Shown: positions 38,280 through 51,661, counted from the stretch's first letter. The stretch: 64,000 nt of DNA from Eledone cirrhosa (GCA_964016885.1 OZ024741.1:300824001-300888000); one strand, 5' to 3'. Numbers and translations: made by a program. Notes: generated from the sequence alone by a model not told the origin.

Positions 38280-39566
38280 GATGTGTATGGTTATAGGAAC
38301 AAGAAGGACAACCGTACGAACGCGCATGCGCAGAAACTCGCTCACTTCGCACAGGCAATACTGCGTGCGGGGGGGGGGTGTAAGGGAGATAACTGCGAAA
38401 GTCCGGAAAGTTTTTTGGTTGAAAATAAAATGAAAAAATTAAAAATAAAATTACAAAGAATCAGTCCGGAGCCTTGTAGTTATGCAACAGATGTTTGGTG
38501 ACGTGTGGAAAACGTGTGAAAAATTCACTTGCCGTGTTTAGGCAATCACTATTGCGTAATCTCTTTAGGATAGTTATTCGTTCGTCAATACATAAGCCAC
38601 ACCTCGGATTTCCCCTTGCGTATGGCTTGGACAGGGCGGCACCCTACTATAACACGGCGTTGGCTTAACAGCGGCTTCTGACAACCTATCACCTACTCTC
38701 CCACTAGCAACAACACCATTAAGAAAAGTAAGCGCATCAATAGACAAACTATCTGGTTCTCTCCTCCCTTCTCATTCAAAGTTAAAACCAATGTAGGAAA
38801 ACAATTTCTAGCCCTCTTAGATAGACACTTCCCCATAGGTCATAAATACCGCTCCGTCTTTAACCGACACAAAGTTAAACTAGGATACTCCTGCGCTAAG
38901 AACATGAAGGCCCACATCACCAGCAGCCCTAGGAGCAACACCCCACCAGAGTGCTCTTGCCGTAAGCCTGAATCTTGCCCCCTTCAACAACAACGCAACA
39001 CACCAGCTGTAATCTATGAAGCTGTGGTCACTTCCAACCGACCAAACCAACCACAGGAGGTCAAATCCTATGTGGGCATGGCGGAGGGCCGATTCAAGGA
39101 GCGTTTCCTGAACCACCAATCTACCTTCAGATACCCGGACAGACGTTCATCCACGAAACTCGCGAGCCACGTATGGTCCCTCAAGGACTCAAGTATAGGG
39201 TACTCCATTGAATGGAAAGCCATCACTAAGTCCAAGCCATACGCAAGGGGAAATCCGACGTATGGCTGATGTATTGACGAACGAATAACTAACCTAAAGA
39301 GATTACGCAATAGTGATTGCCTAAACACGAGAGGTGAATTTTTCACACGTTGTCCACAGGTTACTAAACATCTATTGCATAACTATAAGGCTCCGGACTG
39401 ATTTTTTGTAATTTTATTTTTAATTTTTTTATTTTATTTTCAACCAAAAAACTTTCTCTTATACCCCCTCCCGCACGCAGTCTAGTATTGCCTGTGTGAA
39501 GTGACCGAATTTCTGCGCATGCGCGTTCGTACGGTTGTCCTTCCTGTTCCTATAACCATACACATC

Positions 39567-39606
39567 CCGAGCTGAAGATCCGCGAAGGTTAAACAATTGT
39601 TCTCGG
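39567..39606 (+). ncRNA. Minimal type I hammerhead (3' pLTR copy, G12 to U)
   Basis: CCGAG-CTGAAGA-TCC-GCGAA-GGT-TAAA-CAATTG-TT-CTCGG, with ACAATTGT palindrome. Confidence 0.65.
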
Positions 39607-39700
39607 TATGGTGAACTAACTGTTGTGTAACCACTTCTACCTAACTCGTCCCTTGGACTGAGTGCTCTACCACTACGGATATTACCTTCCAGTGTTCCAC

Positions 39701-39759
<59 letters not shown>

Positions 39760-39760
<1 letters not shown>

Positions 39761-40468
39761 GGTGTAACAAATAATAGTTAAATGCAGTCCACTTAGGTAT
39801 AGTCCAGTTATGGTATTCCAGGTAGTGGATGATATTAACGCTTGGCTTGGTTTGACTCAGCAAGGCGTTTTCATAGTGATGCTGCGGGTATGCCGTAATT
39901 CCTATGTTGTAAATACTTGGAGTAATAATAAATCAGGAAAGAAGGTTGACATGGTTTGCTATACAAAAAAGGTTTTTAATCTCATAGCTGACAATTGTTT
40001 CTCTGAACTGGTAGGTCTAGAGATCGCTATTCGCTTATTTTCACGTTACTCGATCGCCAATACAAAATTATAACCAGTCAGATCTTCGGAGCATGCGAGA
40101 ATGAAGAGAATACACAGGCAAGAAAAGAATATACAGGCTACTATATGAAGAAGTAATGGCCTTCAATTAGAACAATAACAACAATTACAACAATGCTATT
40201 AATAAATTATTTGAGGAGACCCTAACATTACTTAGGTGGGGGTATGATGTATCTAACATTACGGCGTGTAAAACTAGCTGTCATGAGGCAAAAGTAAGAG
40301 TTTGGCATGTACAGAGTATCGAAGTGTGTATCAATTTTAAATTATAAAGATAAGCCAGTGTTACAGTCTTTCTTTTCATCTTCAATAGCATACATGAGTG
40401 GGACAACACTGTCAAAGCTAAATAGTAGTTGAGTTAATACAGAGGTTAACGAAGTAATATACGCATAT

Positions 40469-40564
<96 letters not shown>

Positions 40565-43112
40565 GCATGTGTACATAGACACATACATACACATCAATAT
40601 ACACTCGTACAAAAATATACATACATGCAAAGAGATAAGCGTGCTAATTGTAATTATGGCAAATGGAAGGTAAAGTTACATTGTAGTAGTGATTTGAGAA
40701 AAATTAGGATTTAGGATCAAATGATGGCAGCAGCTGAGAAGGAATAAGTTTGTGGGTAGATTAGGTACTTACAGACATTTGTGTGGTATAGACTTGTGAA
40801 GGATATAGTATACTTAATGAATATATTTTTGTGGGTAGTAGGTATCCTAACTTAAAGCTATGTTGTGTTGGTTTGATTCACGGAGGTTTGAATCTTATGA
40901 ATTTAGTGGCAATTCTATGTCTGCAGAAGATAGATCTTTCTAACTTATTGTTAAGTAGCCTTTTTACATTTTTGATGATATTCCATAGCTCAAGATCACA
41001 TAGCCCGCAGTGGGACATCCCTGTACTATAGGTTTTAGCAGCCGACAACTTCGACCAGTTGATACTGTAGTTAGTGCTGCTGTCCTTCAGTTCCCATATT
41101 TTTTTGGCGAGGGTTGTGGAACCCATAAGTGCACGGTTTTTCATTGAGTGTCAGTGCACATACCATCTTTTTTTAAAAGAACCCGCGGTGGATCCTATGT
41201 AATTCCAGGTGGAGTTACCCGAGATGACCGTGCACATATACACTATGCTCGAATCGAGACATCTGTTCGCCAATGGGCACCTATCTGGTAGGTGACAGTT
41301 ACAGTTTGAGGCGCTATTTTGTGCAGCTTTTACATTCCTGGTTAGTACTCTGTTATAAGTGGGTTGTGATATATGTCCAATGGGGTTTTGCTGCTGCGCG
41401 TTTGTATGCGCTTGTGGTTGTGATGTTGTGATGTGTTTGTGCTTATAATTTGGTGCCACGTTATGTATAGGTGCAGTTGATTTACTAGAGATATTTCTGT
41501 GGTTGATCTTGCGTATGTGTGATTCTATGTTAGCTGCTGTTGAGTATGAGAGTTTTATAGTAGATCTATTGAGTATTTTGTGATATCTATGCGAGATAGG
41601 GAAGTGTTTATCTATTAGTTTAAAGAATGTAGAGGGCAGTCTAGTTTTTATAGAGGAGTTGAATATTGGGTTGAACCAAAGGTATTTTCTTTGTCTGTTT
41701 CTTCTATTGTTTCTTGGGTTTACGTTATTATTGTTTTGGCCGTTTACTCCAGGTGTTACGTGTCTAACCCTATGTCTAGTCAAGTTATTTCTATTATTAT
41801 GTGAGCGGTTGGAGTAGTAATTACTAGGATTGTTTACGTTGTCCTTATTCACTATATACTGCAGTTTATCTTTATGACCGGCCCTACGTAATGCTGCATT
41901 ATAATAGTCAGCATGCTCGTTAAAGATTTCTAGGTTTGAGGATAAGCGGGATATTCGGATGGATATACTACGTGCTATGGATCTAATTATGGATTTGGGG
42001 TGATTTGAGTTGTAACTAATGTAGGCAAGATTTTCATTATTTTTGTGGAAAGGTTCTATTAATCCAGTATTTAGATTTAGAGTCACATCTAGAAAATTTA
42101 CCTTCTTATGGTTTAGTTCGTAGGTAATACTTAGGCCTAGTTTTTTGAAGAATATTCTAATATTTTTTCTTAGTCTTTCCATGCTCTGGTTGTTTAGGTT
42201 CCTAGCTATAAGTAACGTGTCGTCCCTATAAATTCCTCCTTGGAGGTTACTGAATTCCTTATGTAGGTTGTGTGCTATGAATAGCCCCACGATATCTGTG
42301 ATTTGCGCAGAATCATTTGATCCCATTGTTATATCGAAGCTATTTATTCTGTCCTTTCTTACCCAGTAGCTATTTTCAAATTTTATGATAGTCCTTCTAG
42401 CCGCTATTATTATTTCAATTTCATCATGGGTAAGATCAGAGTTATTTTGGGCAAATATAAGCGCCTTATCTAGGGTAGCTGGGGATATGGATGCATAGTA
42501 GTCGTCTATATCAAATTGTATGAAGTTACACGTCTCCCTATTTTGTATTTTATTGAACCATTTAATTGCCTCGTTAGTGTTGCCTCATACATTGATTTCT
42601 AGTTTACCCTTTATTTGTGCGATTACCCTATCTAGAATGTTCTTGCTAATTTTACCTATGTCTGACTTGGATGGGCATATTAATCTAATGGTGGGATTAG
42701 TTTCAAAGTTATTTTGTGATCCTTCAGGTTAAATGTTGGGTTGCACGGGGTTAGCGGTTCGGTCCTATCTGGAATTCAGAGTTTATTAACTATCTTGAGG
42801 CCCTCCATGTTAATGCTGGTGAGTGTAGATTCATTTGTTTTTTTATATTATTTTTATGTAGTTCACGCTGGATAAAGCTATTGTATGTGTTAATGTCCAT
42901 AGAGTATACGTTTGATGTTTTGTCTGCTTTTACTATGATACCGTTAGTGTCTTTTAGTTTTTTTAGTAATGTATTTAAGTCATTTTGCATTTTGTTGTGA
43001 TTTGTTCATTTTTAAAATTTAGTTTCACTTATCATGTTCATAACAATTGTCAGCTATGAGATTAAAAACCCTTTTTGTATAGCAAACCATGTCAACCTTC
43101 TTTCCTGATTTA
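39760..43112 (-). mobile_element. PLE (RT plus GIY-YIG, Naiad-like CxC..CPL linker), disrupted, with short 5' inverted pLTR piece 43042-43112
   Basis: VKADKTSN, MGSNDSAQITDIVGL, GIYRDD, NFLDVTLNL, WFNP, CNC..CPLANRC..IVYMC..YIGST, CGLCDLE. Confidence 0.92.
39983..40095 (-). ncRNA. Type I hammerhead with extended helix II, U4C core variant
   Basis: Minus strand: CATGCT-CCGAAGA-TCTGACTGG...CCAGTTCAGA-GAAA-CAATTG-TC-AGCTATG. Confidence 0.7.
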
Positions 43113-43129
43113 TATATATATATATATAA

Positions 43130-43775
43130 TTAATAAGGTAATGAATTCTTTTACAATGGAATCAGCTCGAAGTAGGAAAAATACCCCCTGAGCAGTGTAT
43201 AAATTAATATGTATGTGATGAAACACAGATACCAACACATCTGTATATATATTGCAAAAGAAAAATTTAGCCAGATTGAAGTATACTAATTATTATACTA
43301 CAGTTTGTCCATATCGATTTAAAATAATAAATCAACGGAGACGAACCGTATTGCCAAGAGGCCGTGATGTTTAGACACATTTAAATCTCAAAATCAAACC
43401 TGTTCCGTAGATAAGTTTAGACTTTAAGATCCAAATATGTTTCGAGTTAAATAAGTGTAGGAATATCAATTTGTCTCTGGGTGTTTACTGAGGAGAGCGG
43501 GACATGGTATTCCTACACTTATTTAACTCGAAACATATTTGGATCTTAAAGTCTAAACTTATCTACGGAACAGGTTTGATTTTGAAATTTAAATGTGTCT
43601 AAACATCACGGCCTCTTGGCAATACGGTTCGTCTCCGTTGATTTATTATTTTAAATCGATATGGACAAACTGTAGTATAATAATTAGTATACTTCAATCT
43701 GGCTAAATTTTTCTTTTGCAATATATATACAGATGTGTTGGTATCTGTGTTTCATCACATACATATTAATTTATA
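43130..43775. mobile_element. Non-coding fold-back element: about 270-bp arms (43198-43468 / 43505-43775), 36-nt loop, unique extension on the left
   Basis: Near-perfect inverted repeat in (TA)n. Degenerate hammerhead CTGAGGA-GAG...CTC-GAAACATAT at 43488-43544. Confidence 0.8.
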
Positions 43776-43906
43776 TATATATATATACATACATATAAGT
43801 TCAGCTAGATTACTACCATCCTAACACTACTGGGTTAGTTCAGATCTAGCTGTCTAGAAAAGGACAGAGCTCAGCCGTCGGATTCCTGACTCTTTTCCTA
43901 GATATC

Positions 43907-43991
<85 letters not shown>

Positions 43992-43994
<3 letters not shown>

Positions 43995-44476
43995 ACACAA
44001 GTTATGACATGTTGGTAAACGGAATAGGAAATGCTGACAAATTGTTCACAGAGAAAAATAGTTTAATTAGGAATAAGTGAGAATTAGTAATAGTATTGGT
44101 TAGTATTCAGTTTTGGTTTTAAATTTTACCGGTTGCGCATTTCTAATGCTTTTCAAAAATAATTTTGAGATAGAGCGTCCGTGATGTTTGCTCTAATCTG
44201 ATTCAAAAACCTTAATAATAAAAGTTGTGAAATGATATATAGTATTGGCATAATATCAAGGTGTGTGTGAGTGTGTCCAAACTGTACGTACTGCAAGGGG
44301 AATCCATTAGGCCTTGCCGTATTGGAATAACTGTGTACAAATATATATCTGGAGTGTGTCCGGTAAAACTTAAAACCAAAACTGAATACTAACCAAAACT
44401 ATTACTAATTCTCACTTATTCCTAATTAAACTATTTTTCACTGTGAACAATTTGTCAGCATTTTCTTTTCCGTTTA

Positions 44477-44480
<4 letters not shown>
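43992..44480 (-). mobile_element. Fold-back element (arms 44012-44122 / 44360-44480), same family as 51662-51913
   Basis: Inverted arms in (TA)n. Shared block GAAAAGCATTAGAAATGCGCAACCGGTAAAA on the minus strand. Confidence 0.75.
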
Positions 44481-44522
<42 letters not shown>

Positions 44523-44530
44523 TATATATT

Positions 44531-44680
<150 letters not shown>

Positions 44681-44831
44681 ACATCTGCTAACAGAAACAG
44701 TCTGCTCCAGTGGCGTCCTGTTTATGATTAAAATATCAAGCATCAATGAAAAGAATTTAACATTTTGTGCTATTAGGCCTATCCTAATACTAACACAACC
44801 TACCAACGTTATCAGTCATGTATGTATGTAT

Positions 44832-47046
44832 GTTCTTCTGGTTTTATAATTTTACAAATTTTTACCAATAGAGAAAGTGTGGGTTTCTAACATAGACACA
44901 AGACTCTCTCATTGGAATTTACACAACATCAACTAGGTAGATTATGTATGTATGTATGTATGCAATCATTCATGTGTAGATATGGATGTTATTGTATGTG
45001 TGGATGTGTATGTTTTGAGTTGTATGTGTGTATGTGTATCTGTACATGCAGTTATTAGATGCATTGATTTTGGAATGTTTTAAATATTTTTACTGTTCCA
45101 TTAATGGATTGTACTTGTAATTCCTTAACTAGTTGTGTTCTTTCTGTTCCTGTGAAGCCTAGCTTCTCAAGATTTGTATTGAGGCAGTTAATAACATTTC
45201 CCAGTGCCCCAATAATCACAGGCATACATCTGAAGGTGTAATCAGGGAGGATTATCTGCAGATGTCTCATCAGTTCTGCATAAATATTCTCCTTTTCGCT
45301 ATTCTTTGATATTATACTGGCATCTGCTGGGCAGCTAATTTGCACTACTGTGCATGTTTTCTTCTCTTTGTCCCATGTCATAATATATGGTATGTTATGC
45401 CTGCATTTTATTGGGGTTTTTACTGGAACATTCCACCAGTAATCTTTCATATTATGTATATGGATGTCTTCCACATTGCTGTAGCTTTTAATGTGTTTAT
45501 TATCGGGGCTATCTTTTCTACGGATTGCATTGTACAGTGTTTGGCCACTACGTCATGCCTCATAGGTACATAGTACCGAGATTACAGCTGCTGATGACAT
45601 TGGTCACATCTTCGATGTTAATTCAGCAGAGCCTGCACTTGTAATCACATCTAAGTGTTTTTCCTGCATACCTATCTCTTTTGTGAATCAGGTATATCCT
45701 GTTAATTTCGTGTTCTTTGATTGCAAAAGCGTATCCTTCAAAGTGGGAGCCAATATAGCGGCTGTTGGTCCAAGATAGACTACATTCCTTATCTATATTA
45801 CTCTCACTCTGGAGCTTCCTGGCAACATATCCATGCATGATTTTTTGCTGATAACCATGCAGGTCTTCATCCATGGATTCACTGCGATACTGCTGAGCGA
45901 CTTCCCTGGGTGTGAGTTTTTGATTATCACACAGGGAATATCTCACGAAGGGTTCCTTCCCAACTCTCATGATCTTATCTGTTTCATGTAGATAGACTTG
46001 CTCGAGAGACGGGCTCCTACGCTTCGAAGATGTTGTCGGAGGCATATAATGTGACATTCAAATGCTGTCTGGACTGATGTTAGGCCTCTGCCTCCCTGCT
46101 TACGGTTCAAGTAAAAGCGGTCTATGTCACTGTTGATGTGGAAGTTTCCGGTGTTGTTTAGTATTTTTCGTGTTCTAACATCAACTGCTCGGATTTCGTC
46201 TATCGTCCAATTGAATATTCCAAACGTTGGTGTTAGGACAGGCTCAGCAAACACATTGTGAGCCACTGTTTTGTTTTGCGCAGAGAGCTCCGATGATCAA
46301 ATCTTTCTTAATCGGGTGTAGTATTGCCTGGTTACGCGTTCCTTGTTACAGATACCATTATAGGATATGTTCTCATCTATCTGCAGGTATCTGTAGCAGT
46401 CCTCATCAGATATCGCTGAAACAGTTAGGCCATTGATGACAATGTTGCTAGATTGGGTTGTTGTTTTTCCCCGCGTTACAGTCATATATGAGCATTTATC
46501 TTGGCCAAACTCCATTCCCATCTCCTTTGAGAACGTTGTAACCTTGTCAAGATTTTTATTCATCCCTTCCATGTTCTTGGCATAGAGTTTCAGATTATCC
46601 ACAAAGAAATTATGGGTTAGGTTCGTATTTCTGTCCTTCTGTGAGCCAATGATGTATCCTTCATATTTCTTGAGCAGAAAGGACAAGGGGTTTAATGACA
46701 GGATGAATAATATCACAGAGAGACTGTCTCCCTGAAATATACCCCTGCGATATTTTATTTTATCAGTGAAAATAGAGTCCTCCTTCTCTGTCTTTAACCT
46801 TAGGATAGTAGCCCAAGAAGAAGACAACTTCTCTATAGCTCTGATAATAATACCTGGGACTTTAGCAAGCTGGAGAGCCTTTATCATCCAAGAGTGGGGA
46901 ACAGAATCGAAAGCTTTCCTGTAGTCCAGCCAGACTGTAGCCATATTCCTCCTAAGTTGTCGCACCTCCGACATCGCAGTTTTGTTGGTTAGGAGTTGTT
47001 CAGTACATCCCCAAACCCCTTTCTTTCCAGCTGCTTGTTCATCTGT
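44832..47046 (-). mobile_element. 5'-truncated copy of R4/Dong family A
   Basis: High similarity to 11040-13272 (WLDYRKAFDSVPHSW, GIFQGDSLS). Both junctions lie in (TATG)n/(TGTA)n. Confidence 0.93.
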
Positions 47047-47567
47047 GTATGTATGTGTGTATGTACGTATTTGTAAGATGTTTTATGTGAAATCGGGTGT
47101 TGAAATAGAGAATGTTATGCGTTGGGATGGACATTAAAAAGATACCGTAAGCCTTAGCCAAGCTAATATAACGTTGAAAAACAATGTGTCGTGTTGTCCA
47201 AAGAAAAACAGCACAACTTGACAATTACACTTCACAAAGTAATGGATTAAAAGACTCAAATATACTAAATACCACGCCAAAAGATGGAAAACCTAAAAAT
47301 TAAATCTGCACAGACAATGACAAATTCAAAGTAGTTTCCTCACCAATAATAAAAACAAAACAATATTCATATAAATAATACAACAAGAATGCAACTACAT
47401 CGCACAGAAATGCAATACATTTCAATAAAATATTAACACAGTTAACACAAAGAACACCTAACAAGAGACAATCAGTGTAAAATGAAAATACCCGAATAAC
47501 TTTATTGGAATAAACTTGACAGGTGTCCTATTGACAGCCGAATTCGTCAGACAGAAACACGCAGCTT

Positions 47568-48950
47568 ATGAAAAATATAATAACGAAAGATACATTGGCA
47601 GTAACAGCAAAAACAACAAGACCATCAACACTTCCCACAACCACATAAATGCCAAATTCGCCCACATCGGCAACACAATTACCAAAACAACAAAATATCC
47701 TGCGTCTTCCAGGTCTCCTTCTTGACTATGTAGCAGTAGCACACACAAACACACACACACATATAATTGGAGAGTAATCAAAATAACAATGACAGATAAA
47801 CAGAGAGAAGTAACAGAAATTGCAGCTATAGTAGCTGCAAGTAAAATAACAGCCCGGTTTTGACGATGGGGAATGGGATCACAAAGCTTATAGAAGTAGG
47901 ATGTCAATTAACAGACCTTTAAAGACTTTATTCCTCAAGCCATTCAATAAATTCTTTGGAACGAGGAGCCGTGTTTATCTGACAAACACATTGTTCAATA
48001 ATAATATGCATCCCACCACCAAAAATAACACGCGAATAACATGCAGAGAAAATGAAGAGATTGCGTGCTTCTCTGCACACATGTCGAGTAGAACGTGTAT
48101 AGAAAGCATAGGAACAACAGTTAGACAATGCAATTCCACATCAAACACACACGGGGGAGAGAAAATCCACAAACCTCACACGATGATGTGGTCAAACATT
48201 ACTAAAACCAAGAAAGCGTACAGCCAACAATTTACAGGCATTTCATGACTCACCAGTGCTGTTTGAGCTTCACAAAGATCATCAAATAAATACTGATCCA
48301 GTGGCAAGACCACAGCATGACTGGTTTGTAGTGTTAACATAGTCAGAAAAACAATATCTCCTATATGTTGTCTATGATCATACGCCTCACAATAAAATTG
48401 CACCCAGACGTATGCTTTGGTGTGGAAAAATCCGCAATACAATCGATGAAAGCAACCTCTCCTGCGTCCTGGCAGTGTGTATAACAGATATCCTGGAAGT
48501 AGAATACTATACCTATCCAGCAACATAGATTTTCCCCGTAGAGGGGTGTGTAGAAGTGATCAGCGAAAGTAATACGTTTTTCCCAGAGGTTGACACCAGG
48601 GATCTGGGCTCCTCTTTAGACTCACTTGTGATGATTATTTGGACTGGCATCTCTGTGGTAACTTCTGTCCCAACAGCCTAAGGAAAGGTAGACCACCAAC
48701 TATTATCTTAGTTTCAAACGTTCTTCCAAAGAAATGTGGAGAGGGCTGAACAGAGCCACACGGACACATAGAAACCATAACCAGCTGTGGAAAATAAATG
48801 TATGTTCGTAGGTTCGGCTACAGGTTTTTCCGACTTGCGAACATGGTTGTTGGGATACTCTTCTTTTGCGTGTCTAATTATCAGGGGAATGATCAAACAA
48901 TTTCAAAATTTGGATACTATATTAAAGCAAATGTAATCGAATTATCACAT
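47568..48950 (+). pseudogene. Highly decayed ORF resembling a baculovirus-F/errantivirus-env-type fusion glycoprotein
   Basis: Stitched frames: Thr/Pro-rich stretch, LPGLLLDYVAVAH..YNWRVI, LFLKPFNKFFGT, WFVVLT*SEKQYLLY..C..SCVL, and a hydrophobic WLLGYSSFACLII near the end. Pattern resemblance only. Confidence 0.3.
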
Positions 48951-49910
48951 GAAAATCAAAAATTCTCGAATATATACATCTAAAACTCATTATGATGTAT
49001 TACATTCAAGGATTATAGTGGCATATTCTTTTTTTCTCTCTTTATTTGCTTTTATGTGTATACAAATTTATCTGAATTCTTACAAAACAATACAAAATCT
49101 AACTAATAACATTCTCATGAAATAATAGTACTTTTTTTTTAATTTGAAAAGGTCTACGATTGACAAATCCGGCATCAAATTTCTTTTTTCTTTTTTTTCA
49201 TTTAGAAGTGACAGAATTAATTTAAACTGAAATCAGATTTCCCTTATCATTAACATTCCTACCATATAACATAACATAATAAACCGGCCAAATGTAACAT
49301 ACATGAAGCATAATTTTGAAATAATTTCAACATATCTTTTTTATCCATAAACACCTGCCAATTATGATTTATCCAGTGTGTAACTTTCTGTCATGTATAA
49401 CCACTGATCTGGCAACATATTCTCTATAGATTTACAATATTTAAATGAGAAAAGAAATGTACTGACAAAGAAAATGATGAACATAAATCTTCAATTACAA
49501 TTTCCTTCAAGATATCAGGAGATTTCAGCGTAACTATTCCTCATTTTGACGTTGTAAACCAATGTAAATGCAATTCAATCTTTTAATTACGTTTAATAAC
49601 TAGTTTATGTATTAACGGTGTCTTTACCATTGAATGCATATAGCTGATATTGTAATAAAGATGATAGTTATGGTACCTGTGAGTATGAGTGATGTTACTT
49701 CAGGGATTTCTAAGATGTTATCTAATATACATATCACATTTACATTCAGGAAAATGTAGTGATTGGTATCAAATCCACGCCCCAATCGACAGTTTTTCAA
49801 GAGATCCCGATTTTAATAGACGTGTTACTTTCTCTAAGAATTTTATTTTTCGTTTCTGTAACAGCCCGCTCTCATCTATTTTGCTATGTCTTCCTTAATT
49901 TCCCATTTTA

Positions 49911-49945
49911 TTTCTGATGAAGGACTAACGTCCGAAACGTTACGA
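49911..49945 (+). ncRNA. Minimal hammerhead core at the end of a decayed PLE remnant
   Basis: CTGATGA-A-GGAC-TAAC-GTCC-GAAA-CGTT. Helix I is poorly paired. Confidence 0.5.
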
Positions 49946-50029
49946 CATTTTTCTTATTATATCAAGTGTAAAACTAGTAATATATTTCTTCACTGTGTCG
50001 CTTGCTTTATTTCTGCTTGCCATTTGGAT

Positions 50030-51655
50030 ACATAAATGATGACAGTGCTGAGAAGAAGCGGATGATGTTCATTGAATTAAAGAAGGAAATGATCGAAAAA
50101 CGTAACCAAGATGTGCGTGTAGTCGACTTGGCGAAGCAGTACGAGCGTATCACTTCTACGATCTGCACGATACTGAAGCAGAAGGAGTCGATAAAGGCTA
50201 TAATGCTACCCAGGAGTGTTAAAATAATTAATGGAAATAGTTAATGGAAAAGCTTCTGATGGTGTGGTTGACGGAGAAGCAGCTCGCAAGAGATACCGTG
50301 ATGGAGGCTATAATTTGCAAGAAGGCACGAGCTATTTACGCTGATTTTCTGCAGCAGACCCCGGGCACTTCGACGAACGAGGCATCGGGTGAGCCGTTTA
50401 AAGCCAGTGGGGGCTGGTTTGAGAATTTTAAAAAGAGGACTGCCATTCACTCCGTTGTCAGGCATGGTGAGTCAGCGAGCGCGGATATGAAGGCAGCTGA
50501 GGATTACCTCAAAACCTTTTCCGGAATTATAGCAGCCGAAGAATACATCCTCCAGCAAGTCTTCAACTGTGACGAGACAGGACTATTTTGGAAGAAGATG
50601 CCAAGGAGGACTTATATGGCGGCAGAGAAGACGATGCCAGGCTATAAACACATGAAGGATAGGCTAACCCTCGCACTGTGTGCTAATGCGAGCGGGGGCT
50701 GCAAGATTAAGCCGCTGCTCGTTTATCATTCGGAAAACCCCAGAGCCTTTAAGTCCCATAAGATTCTGAAAGAAAAACTGCAGGTTATGTGGAAGGCAAA
50801 CCCGAGGGTGTGGGTCACCAGGCAGTTCTTTGTGGAGTAGGTGAATTTTGTCTACGTTAAGAAATATCCCCAGGAAAATAACCTACCACTGCAAGCCCTT
50901 CTTGTCCTGGACAATGCATCTGCTCACACGCCTGACCTCGAAGATGACATCCTCGAAGAGTTCAAGTTTATAAAAGTTCTCTACCTTCCACCCAACACCA
51001 CCTCTATCCTGCAGCCCATGGACCAGCAGGTGATTTCTAATTTCAAGAAGCTCTTTACCAAGCACCTGTTCAGCCGCTGCTTTGAGGTGACGGAGAGCAC
51101 AAACTTCACCCTTCGAGAGTTCTGAAGGACCACTATAACATAGAATTATCGATAAAGCCTGGCAGGGTGTTACAAAGAGGACCTTGAACTCTGCGTGGAA
51201 GAAGCTGTGGCCTGAGGTTGTGTCTGAAACAGACTTTAAAAGACTCGACACCAAAGCGGCAGTGGTGCAGAAGATTGTATCTCTCGGCAAGTCCATGGGT
51301 CTTGACATGGATGACAGTGACATCAAGGAGGTGACAACGGAGTAGCTAAAGGAGCTACAGACGCAGCAGCACACGGAGCCTTTGTAGGAAATAATTGACA
51401 CGGACGAGGTTATCTCTACAAGTAAGATAAAGGAAATATTGAGAATGTAGAAGAAACTTTCAGGCTTTATTCAAAAGAAACAGCCATAAAAAGTTGCAAC
51501 TGGGCGTGCGACAGCGATATTTAATGACTCTTTCCTAACTCATTTCAGAAGCATTCTGAAGGGGAGGATGAAGCAAACCGCATTGGACAGGTTTTTATCG
51601 AAAAATCCTGCAGATAAATTTGTGGAAAGCGTGGCGAAAAGGGCTTAAAATCAGC
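50030..51655 (+). mobile_element. Decayed Tigger/pogo transposase (HTH_psq, CENP-B HTH, DDE_1)
   Basis: MEKLLMVWL, FKASGGWFENFKKR, HGESASAD, VFNCDETGLFWKKMP, KDRLTL..NASG, LLVLDNASAH, LPPNTTSILQPMDQQVI. In-frame stops. Confidence 0.92.
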
Positions 51656-51661
51656 GAATAT

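Larger units (their letters stand above)
38207..39703 (+). mobile_element. 5'-truncated PLE (GIY-YIG end) with inverted 5' pLTR (38207-38632), 3' pLTR (39230-39639) and tail
   Basis: CSCRKPESCPL..VIYEAVV..YVGMAEGRFKERFLNH. About 410-bp inverted arms; hammerheads in both arms; (TA)n flanks. Confidence 0.9.

Noticed and set aside
47566-48896. Hydrophobic minus-strand ORFs resembling a membrane protein or GPCR
   Set aside because: The hydrophobicity reflects the antisense of A/C-rich sequence. The ORFs are fragmented and show no receptor motifs.
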